Source of the DNA: Tubulanus polymorphus
Taxonomy: Eukaryota; Animalia; Nemertea
NCBI RefSeq assembly: GCF_964204645.1
Contig: NC_134029.1
Coordinates: 13,728,850-13,792,849, forward strand
DNA: 64,000 nt
Direction of reading: 5' to 3'
Under the pieces are notes generated by a model that searched no databases, was not told where the DNA came from, and was given only the letters and a program-made list of their open reading frames with translations. Shown here one piece after another: positions 26,767-40,377 of this stretch. The position numbers and the translations under genes are program-made. Numbering within the stretch: the first letter of the stretch is position 1; each line of letters starts with the position of its first letter.

Positions 26767-29460
26767 AAGAATTGTCGCGGGCGACAAAACCAAACTAATG
26801 AATTGTCGCGGGTGATAAAACCAAACTATGAATTGTTGCGGGCGATAAAACAAAAATATTGAATTGTCGCGGGTGATAAAACCAAAATATTGAATTGTCG
26901 CGGGCGACAGAACCAAAGTAATGAATTGTCGCGGGCGATAAAACCAAACTATGAATTGTCGCGGGCGATAAAACCAAAATAACGAATTGTCTCGGGCGAC
27001 AAAAACAAAATATTGAATTGTCTCGTGCGACAAAACCAAAATAATGAATTGTCGCTGGAGATAAAACCAAAGTAATGAATTGTCGCGGGCGATAAAACCA
27101 AAATATTGAATTGTCGCGGGAGACAAAACCAAACTAGTGAATTGTCGCGGACGACAAAACCAAAAAAAGAATTGTCGGGGCGACAAAACCAAAATAATGA
27201 ATTGTCGCGGGCGACAAAACCAAAATGGTGAATTGTCCAGGGGACAAAATCAAAATGGTGGATTGTCGTGGGCGACAAAACCAAAATAATGAATTGTCAC
27301 GGGCTAAAAAACCAAAATAATGAATTGTCGCTGGCGATAAAACCAAAATAATGAATTGTCTCGGGCGACAAAACCAAAATAAAGAATTGTCTCGGGCGAC
27401 GAAACCAAAATAAATAATTGTCGCGGGCGATAAAACCAAAAAAATGAATTATCGCGGGCGATAAAACCAAAATATTGAATTGTCGCGGGCGACAAAACCA
27501 AACTAATGAATTGTCGCGGGCGATAAAACCAAACTATGAATTGTCGCGGGCGACAAAACCAAAATAATGAATTATCGCGGGCGATAAAACCAAAATATTG
27601 AATTGTCGCGGGCGATAAAACCAAAATAATGAATTGTCGCGGGCGATAAAACCAAAATAATGAATTGTCGCGGGCGACAAAACCAAAATATTGAATTGTC
27701 GCGGGCGACAAAACCAAAAAAAAATTGTCGCGGGCGACAAAAACAAAATGTAAAACCAAAATAATGAATTGTCGCGGGCGACAAAAACAAAATATAAAAC
27801 CAAAATAATGAATTGTCGCGGGCGACAAAAACAACATATAAAACCAAAATAATGAATTGTCGCGGGCGACAAAAACAAAATATAAAACCAAAATAATGAA
27901 TTGTCGCGGGCGACAAAACCAAAATAATGAATTGTCGCTGGAGATAAAACCAAAGTAATGAATTGTCGCGGGCGATAAAACCGAAATATTGAATTGTCGC
28001 GGGAGACAAAACCAAACTAATGAATTGTCGCGGGCGACAAAACCAAAAAAAGAATTGTCGGGGCGACAAAACCGAAATATTGAATTGTCGCGGGAGACAA
28101 AACCAAACTAATGAATTGTCGCGGGCGACAAAACCAAAAAAAGAATTGTCGGGGCAACAAAACCAAAATAATGAATTGTCGCGGGCGACAAAACCAAAAT
28201 GGTGAATTGTCCAGGGGACAAAATCAAAATGGTGGATTGTCGCGGGCGACAAAACCAAAATAATGAATTGTCGCGGGCTATAAAACTAAAATAATGAATT
28301 GTCGCTGGCGATAAAACCAAAATATTGAATTGTGCGCGGGCGATTAAACCAAAATAAAGAATTGTGGCAGGCAACAAAACCAAAAAAAAAATTGTCGCGG
28401 GCGACAAAACCAAAAAGAAGAATTGTCGCGGGCGATAAAACCAAAATAATGAATTATCGCGGGCGATAAAACCAAAATATTGAATTGTCGCGGGCGATTA
28501 AACCAAAATAATGAATTGTGGCAGGCAACAAAACCACAAAAAAATTGTCGCGGGCGACAAAACCAAAATAATGAATTGTCGCTGGAGATAAAACCAAAGT
28601 AATGAATTGTCGTGGGCGATAAAACCAAAATATTGAATTGTCGCGGGCGACAAAACCAAAATATTGAATTGTCGCGGGCCACAAAACCAAACTAATGAAT
28701 TGTTGCGGGCGACAAAACCAAAAAAAAATTGTCGGGCGACAAAACCAAAATAATGAATTGTCGCGGTCGACAAAACCAAAATAATGAATTGTCGCGGGCG
28801 ATAAAACCGTAATAATGAATTTTGGCGGGCGAAAAAACCAAAATAATGAATTGTCTCGGGCGACAAAACTAAAATAATGAATTATCGCGGGCGATAAAAC
28901 CAAAATAATGAATTGTCGCAGGCGATAAAACCAAAATAATGAATTGTCTCGGGCGACAAAACCAAAATATTGAATTGTCGCGTGCGACAAAAACGAAATA
29001 TAAAACCAAAATAATGAATTGTCGCGGGCGACAAAACCAAAATAATGAATTGTCGCAGGCGATAAAACCAAAATAATGAATTGTCTCGGGCGACAAAACC
29101 AAAATATTGAATTGTAGCGGGCGACAAAACAAAAACAAAAATTGTCGCGGGCGACAAAAACAAAATATAAAACCAAAATAATGAATTGTCGCTGGCGATA
29201 AAATCAAAGTAATGAATTGTCGTGGGCGATAAAACCAAAATAATGAATTGTCTCGGGCGAAAAAAACAAAATATTGAATTGTCACGTGCGACAAAACCAA
29301 AATAATGAATTGTCGCGGGCGACAAAACCAAAATAATGAATTGTTGCGGGCAATAAAACCAAAATAATGAATTGTCTCGTGCGACAAAACCAAAATAATG
29401 AATTGTCTCGGGCGACAAAACCAAAATAATGAATTGTCGCGGGCAACAAAACCAAAAAAA
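26767..29460. repeat. 31-bp palindromic minisatellite, main block (~2.7 kb)
   Basis: Tandem units with core TTGTCGC-GG-GCGACAA. Confidence 0.97.
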
Positions 29461-30634
29461 AATTTAAATCTAGAAATCTAGCATACTGCCCAGAACATAA
29501 AACTGTAACGCATAAAGAATTATCAAATTATCAAAAAAGAATTAAACCCGAAAATCATATTCATACAGAAAAGTTAATGGTAACTCAAGAAGATAAATAT
29601 GATTATGTAGTACATTATAGAATGTTGAAGTTTTATCTAAAACAAGGAATGGTTCTAAAAAAAGTACATAGATATATTTCATTCAGTCAATCTAAATGGT
29701 TAGAAAAATATATAGATTTTAACACCAAACAGAGAACTGAAGCTAAAACTGATTTTGAGAAAGATTTCTTCAAGTTAATGAATAATGCATTCTATGGTAA
29801 GACTTGTGAAAATATTAGAAATAGAAATGATATTGAGTTAGTTAGTAATGGTAAAAGGATAAGGCATTTACAATCATATCCTAAGTTCTTAGGTAACAGA
29901 ATATTTGATGAAAATTTAGCTGCAATTAAATTAGAAGAACATCTATGAAATTTAATGAACCAATTTATGTTGGAGCTTCAGTTTTAGAAATATCAAAGCT
30001 ATTGATGTATGAATTCTATTAAATGTATTACAACCTCATTTTGGAGAAAAGCATATAGAAATTCTATACTTTGATACTGACAGTTACATATTAAAGATAA
30101 AAACTAATAACATAACTGATGATTTAAAAACATTAAAACATCCTTTTGATTTCAGTAACTATCCTAAAAATCATGAATTGTTTAGCAATGATAATAAAAA
30201 GCTTCCCGGGAAGTTTAAGGATGAATTAGGCGGTGAAGAAATGATTGAATTCATTGGTATTAGATCTAAAATGTATTCATATAAAACTAAAGAACATGAA
30301 GCTAAAAAGTTAAAAGGAATTACTAAAAGTGTAGTAGAAAAGAATATTCATTTCAAAGATTACATCAATTGTATATTCAATGAAGAAGTTAGAAAACATA
30401 AGATGAGATGTTTAAGATCTGAAGATCATGAAATGTTTATTGAAGAAATAGAGAAGATAAGTTTGAATCCATTTGATGATAAAAGATATATTTTAGATGA
30501 TGGAATTCATACAGTTGCTTATGGTTGTAATTTAGATGAATATCTAAAATTTAAAAGAGAAGAAACAAATGAAAATGAGATTATGAAAAGGATTCTAACG
30601 TGTTAATCAATTTTAATAAAAATATGTCATTAAA

Positions 30635-30988
30635 ATGGAGAGTAAACAAGCAAACAGCGAGAACAACAAATTATTTCTAGATAGAATAAAAAATACTTCA
30701 AATGTCAAATCAGTAGATTATAAGTTTAAGAAGTTAAAAGAATTAACAATCCATAAGAAATATCTAATTACAGATATTGTTACAGTTACTAACAAATATG
30801 GAGATAAATTAGTGATACACTTAGAATATGAAGGATTAAAAGGAAATACATATAAATTCAGAACATATTTACCAGATAGATTTCATAGATTATCAAGTGA
30901 CGATTTAGAAGAATTATGTTCAGGTGATTTCTATTTCATATATAAGGGTAAGAATGAGAAAGGGCACCGTGAAATAGATTTTGAATAA
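30635..30988 (+). CDS. 117-aa protein of the type B replication module, possibly a small OB-fold/ssDNA-binding protein
   Basis: Intact ORF directly after pPolB; TNKYGDKLVIHL and YLPDRF pattern; second fragment at about 8075-8165 (-). Function is a guess. Confidence 0.55.
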   Translation: MESKQANSENNKLFLDRIKNTSNVKSVDYKFKKLKELTIHKKYLITDIVTVTNKYGDKLVIHLEYEGLKGNTYKFRTYLPDRFHRLSSDDLEELCSGDFYFIYKGKNEKGHREIDFE

Positions 30989-31002
30989 AATATGTAAAAT
31001 AA

Positions 31003-31760
31003 ATGGTAGAATTAAAAGAATACAGAATATTTGTTGATTCTAGAAAACTTACAAATTATAAATCTCATAATTTACTAGTTCGATTAGATAGGGAATATAA
31101 AAATTGTGTAGATTTAAAATTAGTTAATATAAGTTTATTCAATTCTTTTTACAATGTATCGAATAAAACTATTGCACATAGAGCCTTTTTAATTTTTGAT
31201 AAAGGTAAAAATGAATGGTCCTATATATATTTAAAACCAGGGTTATATAATTTAGATACATTAGCACAAGAAATTAATAGAAAAGCCTTGCACAAATTAG
31301 GTAGTAATTCCGGGTTTAGTATTAGATTTTTAAAAAGTGAGAATTCTGATAGAATAAAGATAAGGTTGTCTAATAGTGAAAAACATAAATTTATGGTAAA
31401 AAACCTTTAGCTAAACTGTTAGGAATTCCTCCAGACAGGTCTTTTACAAATATTGATGCTACGCCAAACTTAATACCTTACACACATTTTTATATTTATT
31501 CCAATTTAATTGATGCTACAAAAAATTTCGAAGCAACTAAAGATATAACTTGTAATTCTAGCATATTGAATATTATACCATTACAAAATGTTAAACAATT
31601 TGGAACGCAAATAAATTATAATTTAACAGAATGTGATTTTTTACCTTGTATTTCACGATTTAACAATTTTAAATTAGAAATTAGAAATCATAATGGTTAT
31701 TCAATTGATTTGAATAACTTTCCTGTAATTTATGAATTAATTATAAGATGTAAAGAGTAA
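31003..31760 (+). pseudogene. putative minor capsid (penton-like) protein, frameshifted
   Basis: ORFs 31003-31410 and 31566-31760 are homologous to 54683-55479. Confidence 0.65.
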
Positions 31761-31776
31761 TTTTTTCACCATATAA

Positions 31777-32124
31777 ATGAATATAACTGTTGGATCGAGT
31801 ATATGTTTTGGATTTGATTTTAAACATGAGAAAGAAATGAAATTTAACATTAATGATGTAATAACACATATTAAAAATATTGCATTTTCTAATGAAACAA
31901 CATTTGAGTATGAAAAAACAATAGATAAAGAAACTTTAAATGTAGAAAAGATTACCGAGTCTTTAAGATTTTATGAATTAGATGAAGATTTTATAATTGA
32001 TGATATTAAAAGAATAATAACTGAAATATATGAAAATGAACCAAATAATACTATAAATGTTGAAATAATCATAAATAAGATAACTAAATATTTCGAAGAT
32101 AGTAATTTTTTTATAAATAAATGA
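31777..32124 (+). CDS. conserved hypothetical protein
   Basis: Homologue of 55496-55852. Confidence 0.75.
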   Translation: MNITVGSSICFGFDFKHEKEMKFNINDVITHIKNIAFSNETTFEYEKTIDKETLNVEKITESLRFYELDEDFIIDDIKRIITEIYENEPNNTINVEIIINKITKYFEDSNFFINK

Positions 32125-33465
32125 GTGATAATAAGTGGATAATAACTGGTTTATATAATGGAGCATTATTATCAGTTGGAACTGTTGGTTATACAATGGT
32201 ATTAAAAAAGTATTTAAAATGGGAAGTGTTAATTTAATGTTGATAGATTTGATATAAATGATATTTTAAAATTAACGTTAGCAGTTACTTTATCTAATTT
32301 AACTATTGATTATTTGGAAAAACAAAAATATATTCCTCCCATATAAATGCATAATTTTTTTTGCTAAATAAATGGCTTCTGCAATTATAACTATTTTAGG
32401 ATCAGCAATTGTTAACGCTTTAGCATTTACTGGTGGTGGTTATTTATTTAAACATATTGATAAAAATGGTTCATTAACAGAACAAAAAAGACATAACTTA
32501 GCATTAGAAAAATATAATAAAGCTGCAGAAGAATACAGAGAAAAAAGACAAAACTATATGGATTATATTAACAAGGAATTATATAATCAGAAGATTTCAC
32601 ATAGAGATTTTCAATCAGTTAATGATGCAATGAGTTTATATAACGCGGTAACCAATAAAGAAAAATTATATCTACATAAACCTACAATATCAAATTATTA
32701 TACCCCAAGTAATGAACAGAAGAAATATGAAATAATTTGGATTTAAGGGGGAACAGTTATTGTTATATTTGTTGCTTATAAATTTATTTACTAATTAGTA
32801 ATTTTTTGCTAAATAAATGGATGATAAAGTTGATGGTGTTAATATTATTCCTCATGATATAAATAAAACTAAATTAAAAATATATTTAGAAAAACAAATA
32901 TTAGAATTTGAAAGTGACTTAAAGATAAAAAAGAAAACATATTTCAAAAGTAAAATTATATATTATCTTATTATCAGGGGTTCGGTTACAATTAGTTCTG
33001 TAATAATTTTCAAGGATTAAGTTCAAGTGTATTCACTGGTTAAGTTCAAAATTAAATATAAAAAGTAATAAAGAAAAAATTTAAACTAATATAAAAGAAA
33101 TTAATAAATAAAAAAAATACATTAGATTATATAATAAGTTTAAATGGTAATATTACAGTTGAAGAACAAGATAAATTATTAAAATAATTAATAAATTATT
33201 AATTTTTTTATTATATAAATGGGGTTTCCAAAGCTTTCCAATATAATAAATCAATTAAATATATTATTACTGCGATAGATTTTAACAAAAATATTACATA
33301 TAAAAATGTAGTTTGAATTCATTAACTAATTTAGAAATTTATGTTACTGAATCACAGTTTTTATTTCTAAAATGGAAAATATATTTAATACATATGAAGT
33401 TACTTTTACTCGAGATGAATATCATATATATAAAGTAAAATCTAATATGAAATATTGGCAGAATA
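32121..33465 (+). pseudogene. decayed small membrane-protein genes (homologues of 55853, 56099, 56541 and the start of 56992)
   Basis: Colinear with 55853-57240, followed by a deletion junction near 33463. Confidence 0.8.
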
Positions 33466-33468
33466 TTA

Positions 33469-34912
33469 ATGGAATTATATAAAATGAAATTTAGAGTAAC
33501 AGATACAATTGTTAACGAATTATTACCGAAAGTTGTAATAGATGATTCAGAAAATGTTGTGTCGCAAATTTTAAAAGATGACCCATATTTCACGAATAAT
33601 TTAGAATTTATAAATGATTCATGGCATTATAATGTTAATTTAAATAACAAAATTGTGTCAATTCAATTATCTAAAATGGGACAAGAAAATATGTTTGAAC
33701 CTGGAATGTTAGCATTATCTACAATTGAACATTCAAAAGGTGGTACAGAATTTCTCAGAATTATATGGAATGCGCTCAATAGAATAAATGAAGAAGAACG
33801 AATTCCTAATATTGATATAAAAAAATATTCACCATTTAAAAATCCAAATCCAAATCCTACTGATTTTGACCCAGAAAATGATGAAGAGTATGGGAATAGA
33901 TTAAGATCTTCAACACCAGAAACATCGAGAAGAGACACTCAACCGATTGATATTGATTTAAGTCAACATCAAGAAGTAAAACATTTATTGGACTCAATAT
34001 ATTCAGTTAATGCGGCAGAAGAACAGATAAATAATACTTTAGATACACCTGGTACTGAAACTGGAACAAATCAATTGCAACTTTTATTAGAAAAAGGAAT
34101 TATTGATTTAACTGATGAAGAATTAAAAATATTACCCAAACAAACACGTAGAGAAATTATTAGTATATTCAGGGAAGTGTGATGAGATCATCACACTTCC
34201 CTGGTATATTACATGAAACTGATAAAATTACTGATATAAGGATGAGATTTTCTAAAGTTAGAACTTTAGAAGATGAATTATTTAAATCAAGAAAAGAATC
34301 AGAACAATTAAAATTAGATAGAGATAATAAAATCATTGAAGAAATTGAAGTTAAAAAAAGAAATGCATATTTAGAAAAAAAAATTGATAATTTAAAATAT
34401 AATTTAGAATTACAGAAAGAAGAAAGAGATATATTATTAAAACAATATGGTTATAATTCTAAAAGGTTAAAAGATGTTTTAAAAAGATATCTAATAAAAC
34501 CAAATTCTAAGTATCATTAAAAGATAGAATAAGATTATTATTCAAATTAGAATGAATAACAATTCTTTCAATTCTAATAGCTGTAACTATGGTATTCACA
34601 ACAATAGGTTTAGCAATATCAAATTCATTAAAATCTACACCAAATCCTAATAAACCGGATTAACCCCCGAATGATAATAATTCTATACAAGATAAAGTTA
34701 AGGATGGTTTAAAGAAATTAGCAAAATATTTATTGGAACTATTTAAAAAATCTGCTGCAGCATTACCCCGAGTTATTGCATCAATTGTTGGTTTTATATT
34801 GAAATCTGCTGGGAATATTCTTAACTTTGCTGCTTAACATATTATTTTATTTTCAATTACAGTTGTGAAGTGCAATTATTTTTGCGTTAGTGAATATGAT
34901 AAAAAATAAATA
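33469..34912 (+). pseudogene. coiled-coil/TM protein variant with non-homologous N-terminal part
   Basis: C-terminal half matches about 58960-59791; 33469-34060 does not. Confidence 0.65.
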
Positions 34913-34933
34913 ATTAATTTTTTTGTTAAATAA

Positions 34934-36180
34934 ATGAGTGGGAGTTATATAAGTCCTTCGAAGAATTCTAGAATATCTAATGCTATTAAAGCAGAAAGAT
35001 CACATCATATAATTACTCATAACCCTTCTAATATTAATCCCGATGAAACTTTATATGTTAGAATCCCTAGATTAACACAAAATACTTTTTATGTTCCAAA
35101 TAGTATTTATTTATCAGCTGATATAAAAGTAATTGGTAATAATAATAATTATGTTGTTGATAATGTGGGGAGATATTTGTTAAAAAATTAGCTGTAAAGA
35201 TTGGACCAGAAACAGTTTTCTCATTAGATAATTATAATTTATTTATGCATTATAAAGATTTATGGTTAACAAAAGAAAATAGAAATGATATGATATTTCA
35301 AGGCATCCAATCAGAAAACCAAAATAAATTAAGATCTGAAGCTAATAATGCAGTAGTAACTAATGCTACAGATAATTTGATAAAAAAGATTTATGGAAGC
35401 AAATATAAAATTCCATTAGACTTTGAATTGATAAATAATAATGCGCCTTTGTATAAATACGCAATTCAAGAAGATTTTATATTCGAAATTACATTTGCTC
35501 CTGTTAATGAAATTGTATTATCTAGCGTTAATAAAGATATGGGTTATGAATTATCGAATATATGTTTGGAATATGATACAGTAACTGATGAAAATATTGC
35601 TAGCATAATTCAAACTCAATACAACCAAGAATTTTCATTATTATATGATTATATTGAAAAATTTAAAACTGTAACTATTAATGCAAATGATGAAATAATT
35701 AATGAGAATATTAACTTCCCAAGAAGATCTATTAAAGGTATATTAATATTTTTTACTATTGCAACATATACTAATGGTGCAATAAATGTTGATAATTATT
35801 ATAATCCAGAAATATCAAAAGTAGAAATAACAATTGAAGGCATAGCAAATAAAATATTTCGTCAAGGAATGAGAATGATAGATCAATGGCCAGAAATTAG
35901 AAAACATTTTATGAATGAAAAAGTAAAATCATTTGAAAATTGTAATATTAATCAAATTGATTATTATACCGGTAATAAATATGCATTATGGTTAGATTTT
36001 AGAACAACAGAGGATAATTCATTACATGGTTCTGGGAAAAAACTACAAAATACTAAAGATGGAATACAATTATTCATGAAAAAGAAAAAAGGAGGCAACA
36101 ATTTCAAAATGTGCATTTATATTATATCCGACGCGCAATTAAATATTGTAAATTCACAATTAGATAGTATTATGTTTTAA
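34934..36180 (+). pseudogene. putative major capsid protein, one frameshift
   Basis: ORFs 34934-35191 and 35245-36180 are highly similar to 59816-61063. Confidence 0.7.
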
Positions 36181-36229
36181 GTGTTATGAAATATTAAAAT
36201 TTTAACTTTAATAAAAAATCTTATATTAA

Positions 36230-37360
36230 ATGGAAGGTGGAATATATGAAATACAAACTCCAAGTGAAATGATATCAGATTTATATTATATATTACCTTA
36301 TGATGAATATAGTAAGTATTTTGGAGAATAATTTAATCAATTCAAATATAGAATAAGTAAAATAGATAAGAATATTGAAACAAAAAAAGAAAATAATATT
36401 GAACCTAAAATAGAAGATAAGAATGATATTGAATATAAAATAGAAGATAATATTGAAACTAAAATAGAATATAGTAATAATATTAAAACTAAAATAAAAG
36501 ATGTAACAGCATCTACATCTTATAATATACCCTCTACATATAATATTGAATCAAAAAAAGATAATTATAATCAAAAATATTGTGATGTATGTAAGAAATA
36601 TATATCATATAAAAATTGGGCATCACATAAGAAATCAAAGAAACATATAGAAAAAGAAAAGAATAATAATGATAATAATATATCTGGTAATAATACAATA
36701 GATAATATCATAGATAATGTTAATACAATTGAAACGAATGATACCATAGATAATATAACAGATAATGTTGATATAATTGAAACTAATGATAATGAAACAA
36801 TTGATGATTCTAAAAAACATTGTAACATTTGTGATTTAGATATTTCTAAAAGTAATTTGTCCAAACATAAAAAAATCTCAAGCGCATATCGAAAATGAAA
36901 GGAAGTTAGAAGAACATGAAAAGAAATTAGAAGAAATAGAAAGAAATAAAATGTGCCAATATTGTAATAAAAAAATTGAACCTGTTGATGAAAATACTCA
37001 TTATAAATCAGAATTACATCTAATAAATGTTTATAAAATAATGGGTATGATACCATTGTTAAATAACCCAGAGAAATAAATCAAATATTTTAATCCTAAA
37101 ACTAACCAATATTATATATTCTATAAGTTGTTATTTGATAAATTATTAGCTTATGCAGAAGATAATCCTGACCACATTTATTTTTTATTATATTTTAGAA
37201 AAATAGATTTAAGTTCTAATAAAACATTTTGGATATCAATTTGATTTTGATAATGATGATTTTGATGAATACTGATGAGAAAAAGCTACCTAAGACTTTT
37301 GATGAATTGGATATAAACAGAGATGATTTTATAAATGTATTAGAAACAAAATTAGAATAA
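36230..37360 (+). pseudogene. multi zinc-finger protein with low-complexity repeats
   Basis: TAAATG start; CDVC..H..H, CNIC..H and CQYC..H..H fingers; NIE.KIE repeats; internal stops. Confidence 0.6.
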
Positions 37361-37380
37361 TTATTATAAAACTATTTTTA

Positions 37381-37716
37381 TATCTATGTACTAGACGTAC
37401 GTAAGAATCTTGGTAAGAATCCAAGAATCCAAGAAATCTTACTTTCTTACTCGTACGTCTAGTACATAGATATATATATATAATAGTTTTCATAAAAATT
37501 AAAAACATAAAATTATTAATCTAAGTATAGAAATAGTTATAATATAATCTATTTTTATTTTTATTAAGAGAAAACATATAATTTATTCATTTTTATATAA
37601 TTCATTTAATAATTTATATATCTATGTACTAGACGTACGAGTAAGAATCCAAGAATTCTTACTTTCTTACTTTCTTAGCAAGAATCTTGGATTCTTATGT
37701 ACGTCTAGTATATAGA
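37381..37716. repeat. two related ~90-bp hairpins between convergent genes
   Basis: TATCTATGTACTAGACGTACG ... CGTACGTCTAGTACATAGATA arms at 37381-37471 and about 37619-37716. Confidence 0.85.
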
Positions 37717-37754
37717 AATATAAATTAGTTTCTATAATATTCCAAATTAGGATT

Positions 37755-38328
37755 TTATTTTATAAATTTATATTCATAGGGAAATTGAAGCCTCAGTAAT
37801 AATTTTGAACCTTTATTATTCTTTAATTTATTCATATATTCATCATGTAAATCAGTAGGTATAATTTGATTTTCTTCCAATGATTGTTGCATAGATTTTC
37901 TCCCTAAAGTCTTTAACAATTGAATTATATTTTTGATTTAAAACCCATGTTGTTATCCCAAAATGTCTTCCAGAGAAAGCTAGATAACATAACTCACTTT
38001 CTCTAACTTTTGAATCATGTAAATTTGCGCCATCATCTATAATGAATAATGTATTTGATCCTTTATAAATATCTAATGCTATTTTTAAACAATTATCTAA
38101 ATTTTCTTATACTGTTTTAGGATCTAATATAATAAACTTTTTTATCTTAACTATATCTCTATTATATGTTTTATTCATTTCATAAGTGGGGCAGAATAAT
38201 ATTATATTATCAAAATGATTCTTATAAATAGTTTCTAACAAGTTTAATATGAAATGTGTTTTACCACAGTATGTTACCCCAGTAACTAACATATTATGCG
38301 GTTCAAATATAAATAAATCTTTATTCAT
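37755..38328 (-). pseudogene. packaging ATPase
   Basis: GVTYCGKT, FIIDD and SGRHFG; stop at 38107. Confidence 0.88.
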
Positions 38329-39405
38329 TTATTCTTTTAATTTTACTAGATAAAATCCATTCATTTAAATTTATCATCGTACCCTTTATATTTCACCAAA
38401 GAATACTTTTTTCCTTTAAGAGTTTTTGTTTTTAATACTTTTTCTATTTTGTATTCTATTTCATCTGGGTTTGGTACAAGTGATAATTCTTGTTCATAGA
38501 AATAACCTAATATTTCTTCATCTTTTAGATCTAATTTATAAACAAATGGTTTAGTTAATATTATCTTTTTAATCTTAAATATTTCTTCAGTAAAATTAGG
38601 GGTATAACCTTTATAAAAGGTTTTTCTATATTTAGATATTCTAACGTGTTGTCCAATTTTAAAATTTGGGTTCTCCAAAATCATGTGTTACAAACGCGCC
38701 ATATAAATTATTCCAAACTATTTCTGAATTATTTTCTTTTCTAGCTTGTATAGGTTTCATATTTATAGAACTATGTTTAGAATTATTATAACCTCTCACT
38801 AAATCATCTAACACATCGATATATGTTTCATTAGCAGTAAAGTATTTCCACATTCTAGTTTTCAATGTTTTATTAAATCTTTCTATAATATATGCTTTTT
38901 TATCTGAATGTGTTGAAAAATACTCTACATCGTTAACAGATAATAGTTTTTAAAAATGTTTGTTATAGAATTCCTTACCTTCATCAAATTGTATCTTACC
39001 TGGAATAGCTTCTTTAAATATATTCTTAAAAGCATTTGTCACTTCTATTCCAGTTTCATTTTTGATTGGAATTGACCATGCGTATCTACTGAATATGTCT
39101 ATAACATTCAGTATCCAGAAATATCCTTTGTTGTATTCTTCGAAGTTCTTCATGTCAATTAAATCTGCTTGCCATTGTTGATCGATATATGAAACCATAA
39201 CTTTTCTTGTTAAATAAGTTTTATCCATTTTCTTGTGGATTTGATATGTTGGTTGATTTTATAACCATGATCTTAATTCACTATATTTTATATTACCATT
39301 TTCTTTATCAGATTTAATTTTACCCCATAATTCTGAAACGTTAGAATATGATACTTCACTTTCTGGGTTATAATATAACTCTCTTAAATATTGTTCTTCT
39401 TTCAT
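38329..39405 (-). pseudogene. rve integrase with chromodomain
   Basis: WQADLIDM, IDIFSRYAW, QFDEGKEF and YKIEKVLK...LVKYKG. Confidence 0.9.
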
Positions 39406-39409
39406 CTTA

Positions 39410-40377
39410 TTTTAATCCATTAATAATAATTTAGATTTAGTTTCAATGACTTTATGATTTGACTTATTTTCTGGTATAATAGGTTTATCATTGGAATCAT
39501 CTTTATCATCAGATTTGAATTTTGATTTATATATTACACCGGATAATATAATAATTGTGATTAACCCAATTGTAATATATAAGTAATTATTTCTTCCAGC
39601 ATTATAAGAATTAGATGGATTGTTATTTGAATCAATATCAGATATTTCTGTGATTCATTTATATCAGTTAATTTCTTTTTCTTAGCTTTTTTTAATTCTG
39701 CAGATCTTTTACCTATTCTCTTGCCCATTTAATTTGTTTTTCAGATCTAACCTTTTTCTTAACGCCATCACTCATTTATTTTAGTTAATTTTTGTTCTGA
39801 TTCATTTTCTGTTTCGCTGTTTGCTTGTAGTACATCTGTTTCGTTCTTACCTGATTTATATTCCATAGGTTTGATGTTCGTAAATGTTATGACTCCAGTA
39901 GAAATTAATGTCATAACCGATCCTAATTGAAATGATGCGTAACCAACCCATTTTTGTAATTAGAGTCATAACTAAGTAGTCATTTTTCAAATCATTATAT
40001 AATTTATTTTCATCATCAATTGGTATTTACTGGTTACATAACTTAGAGTAACATTTGATAATACCATCGGAAATAGAATCATTTATTCTAGCTAATCTAG
40101 CTTCTTCATAAATCTTAAAATATTTTATTACTTTATCTGGTTTCATAGAGTCTAGTTCTTGAAAAGTAATGGTCTTAGTTAAAAACTCCTTAGATTTCCC
40201 GCCAGCAATTAGTAATTCAAGATGGTGTTTACAATATAAGTAGTATTCATAATCAATATTGTTATTAACTTGAATATTATTTTCAATTTTGGTCGGAATA
40301 TCCTTATTATCACTAATGCCATAATCATCTAATGTTTTTTCAATATCAATACTATTCTTACTAGATTTCTTTGACAT
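39410..40377 (-). pseudogene. homologues of 63114 and 63652 (conserved protein and basic TM protein)
   Basis: ORF 40027-40377 plus decayed continuation; same pair at 14600-15573. Confidence 0.7.

Larger units (their letters stand above)
24721..29460. mobile_element. composite foreign insert (LINE-like RT remnant, minisatellite, HINE/DINE-like element) replacing about 1 kb of pPolB
   Basis: Sharp junctions against pPolB. VDFNKAFD-like coding remnant near 24775. pPolB sequence equivalent to about 46735-47728 is missing. Confidence 0.7.
22881..30606 (+). pseudogene. polB: pPolB (type B) with N-terminal zinc fingers, interrupted at 24721-29460; intein-free
   Basis: YGDFES, KLMNNAFYGK, YFDTDS (about 30067-30084) and KLKG; stops and frameshifts. 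Confidence 0.92.

Noticed and set aside
25082-29424. Many overlapping minus-strand ORFs (VLSPATIHYFGF...)
   Set aside because: Artefacts of a 31-bp stop-poor repeat read in all frames.
26767-29460. CRISPR-like array of palindromic repeats
   Set aside because: Linkers are ~15-bp near-identical A-rich sequences, not unique spacers; there are no cas genes and the context is eukaryotic.
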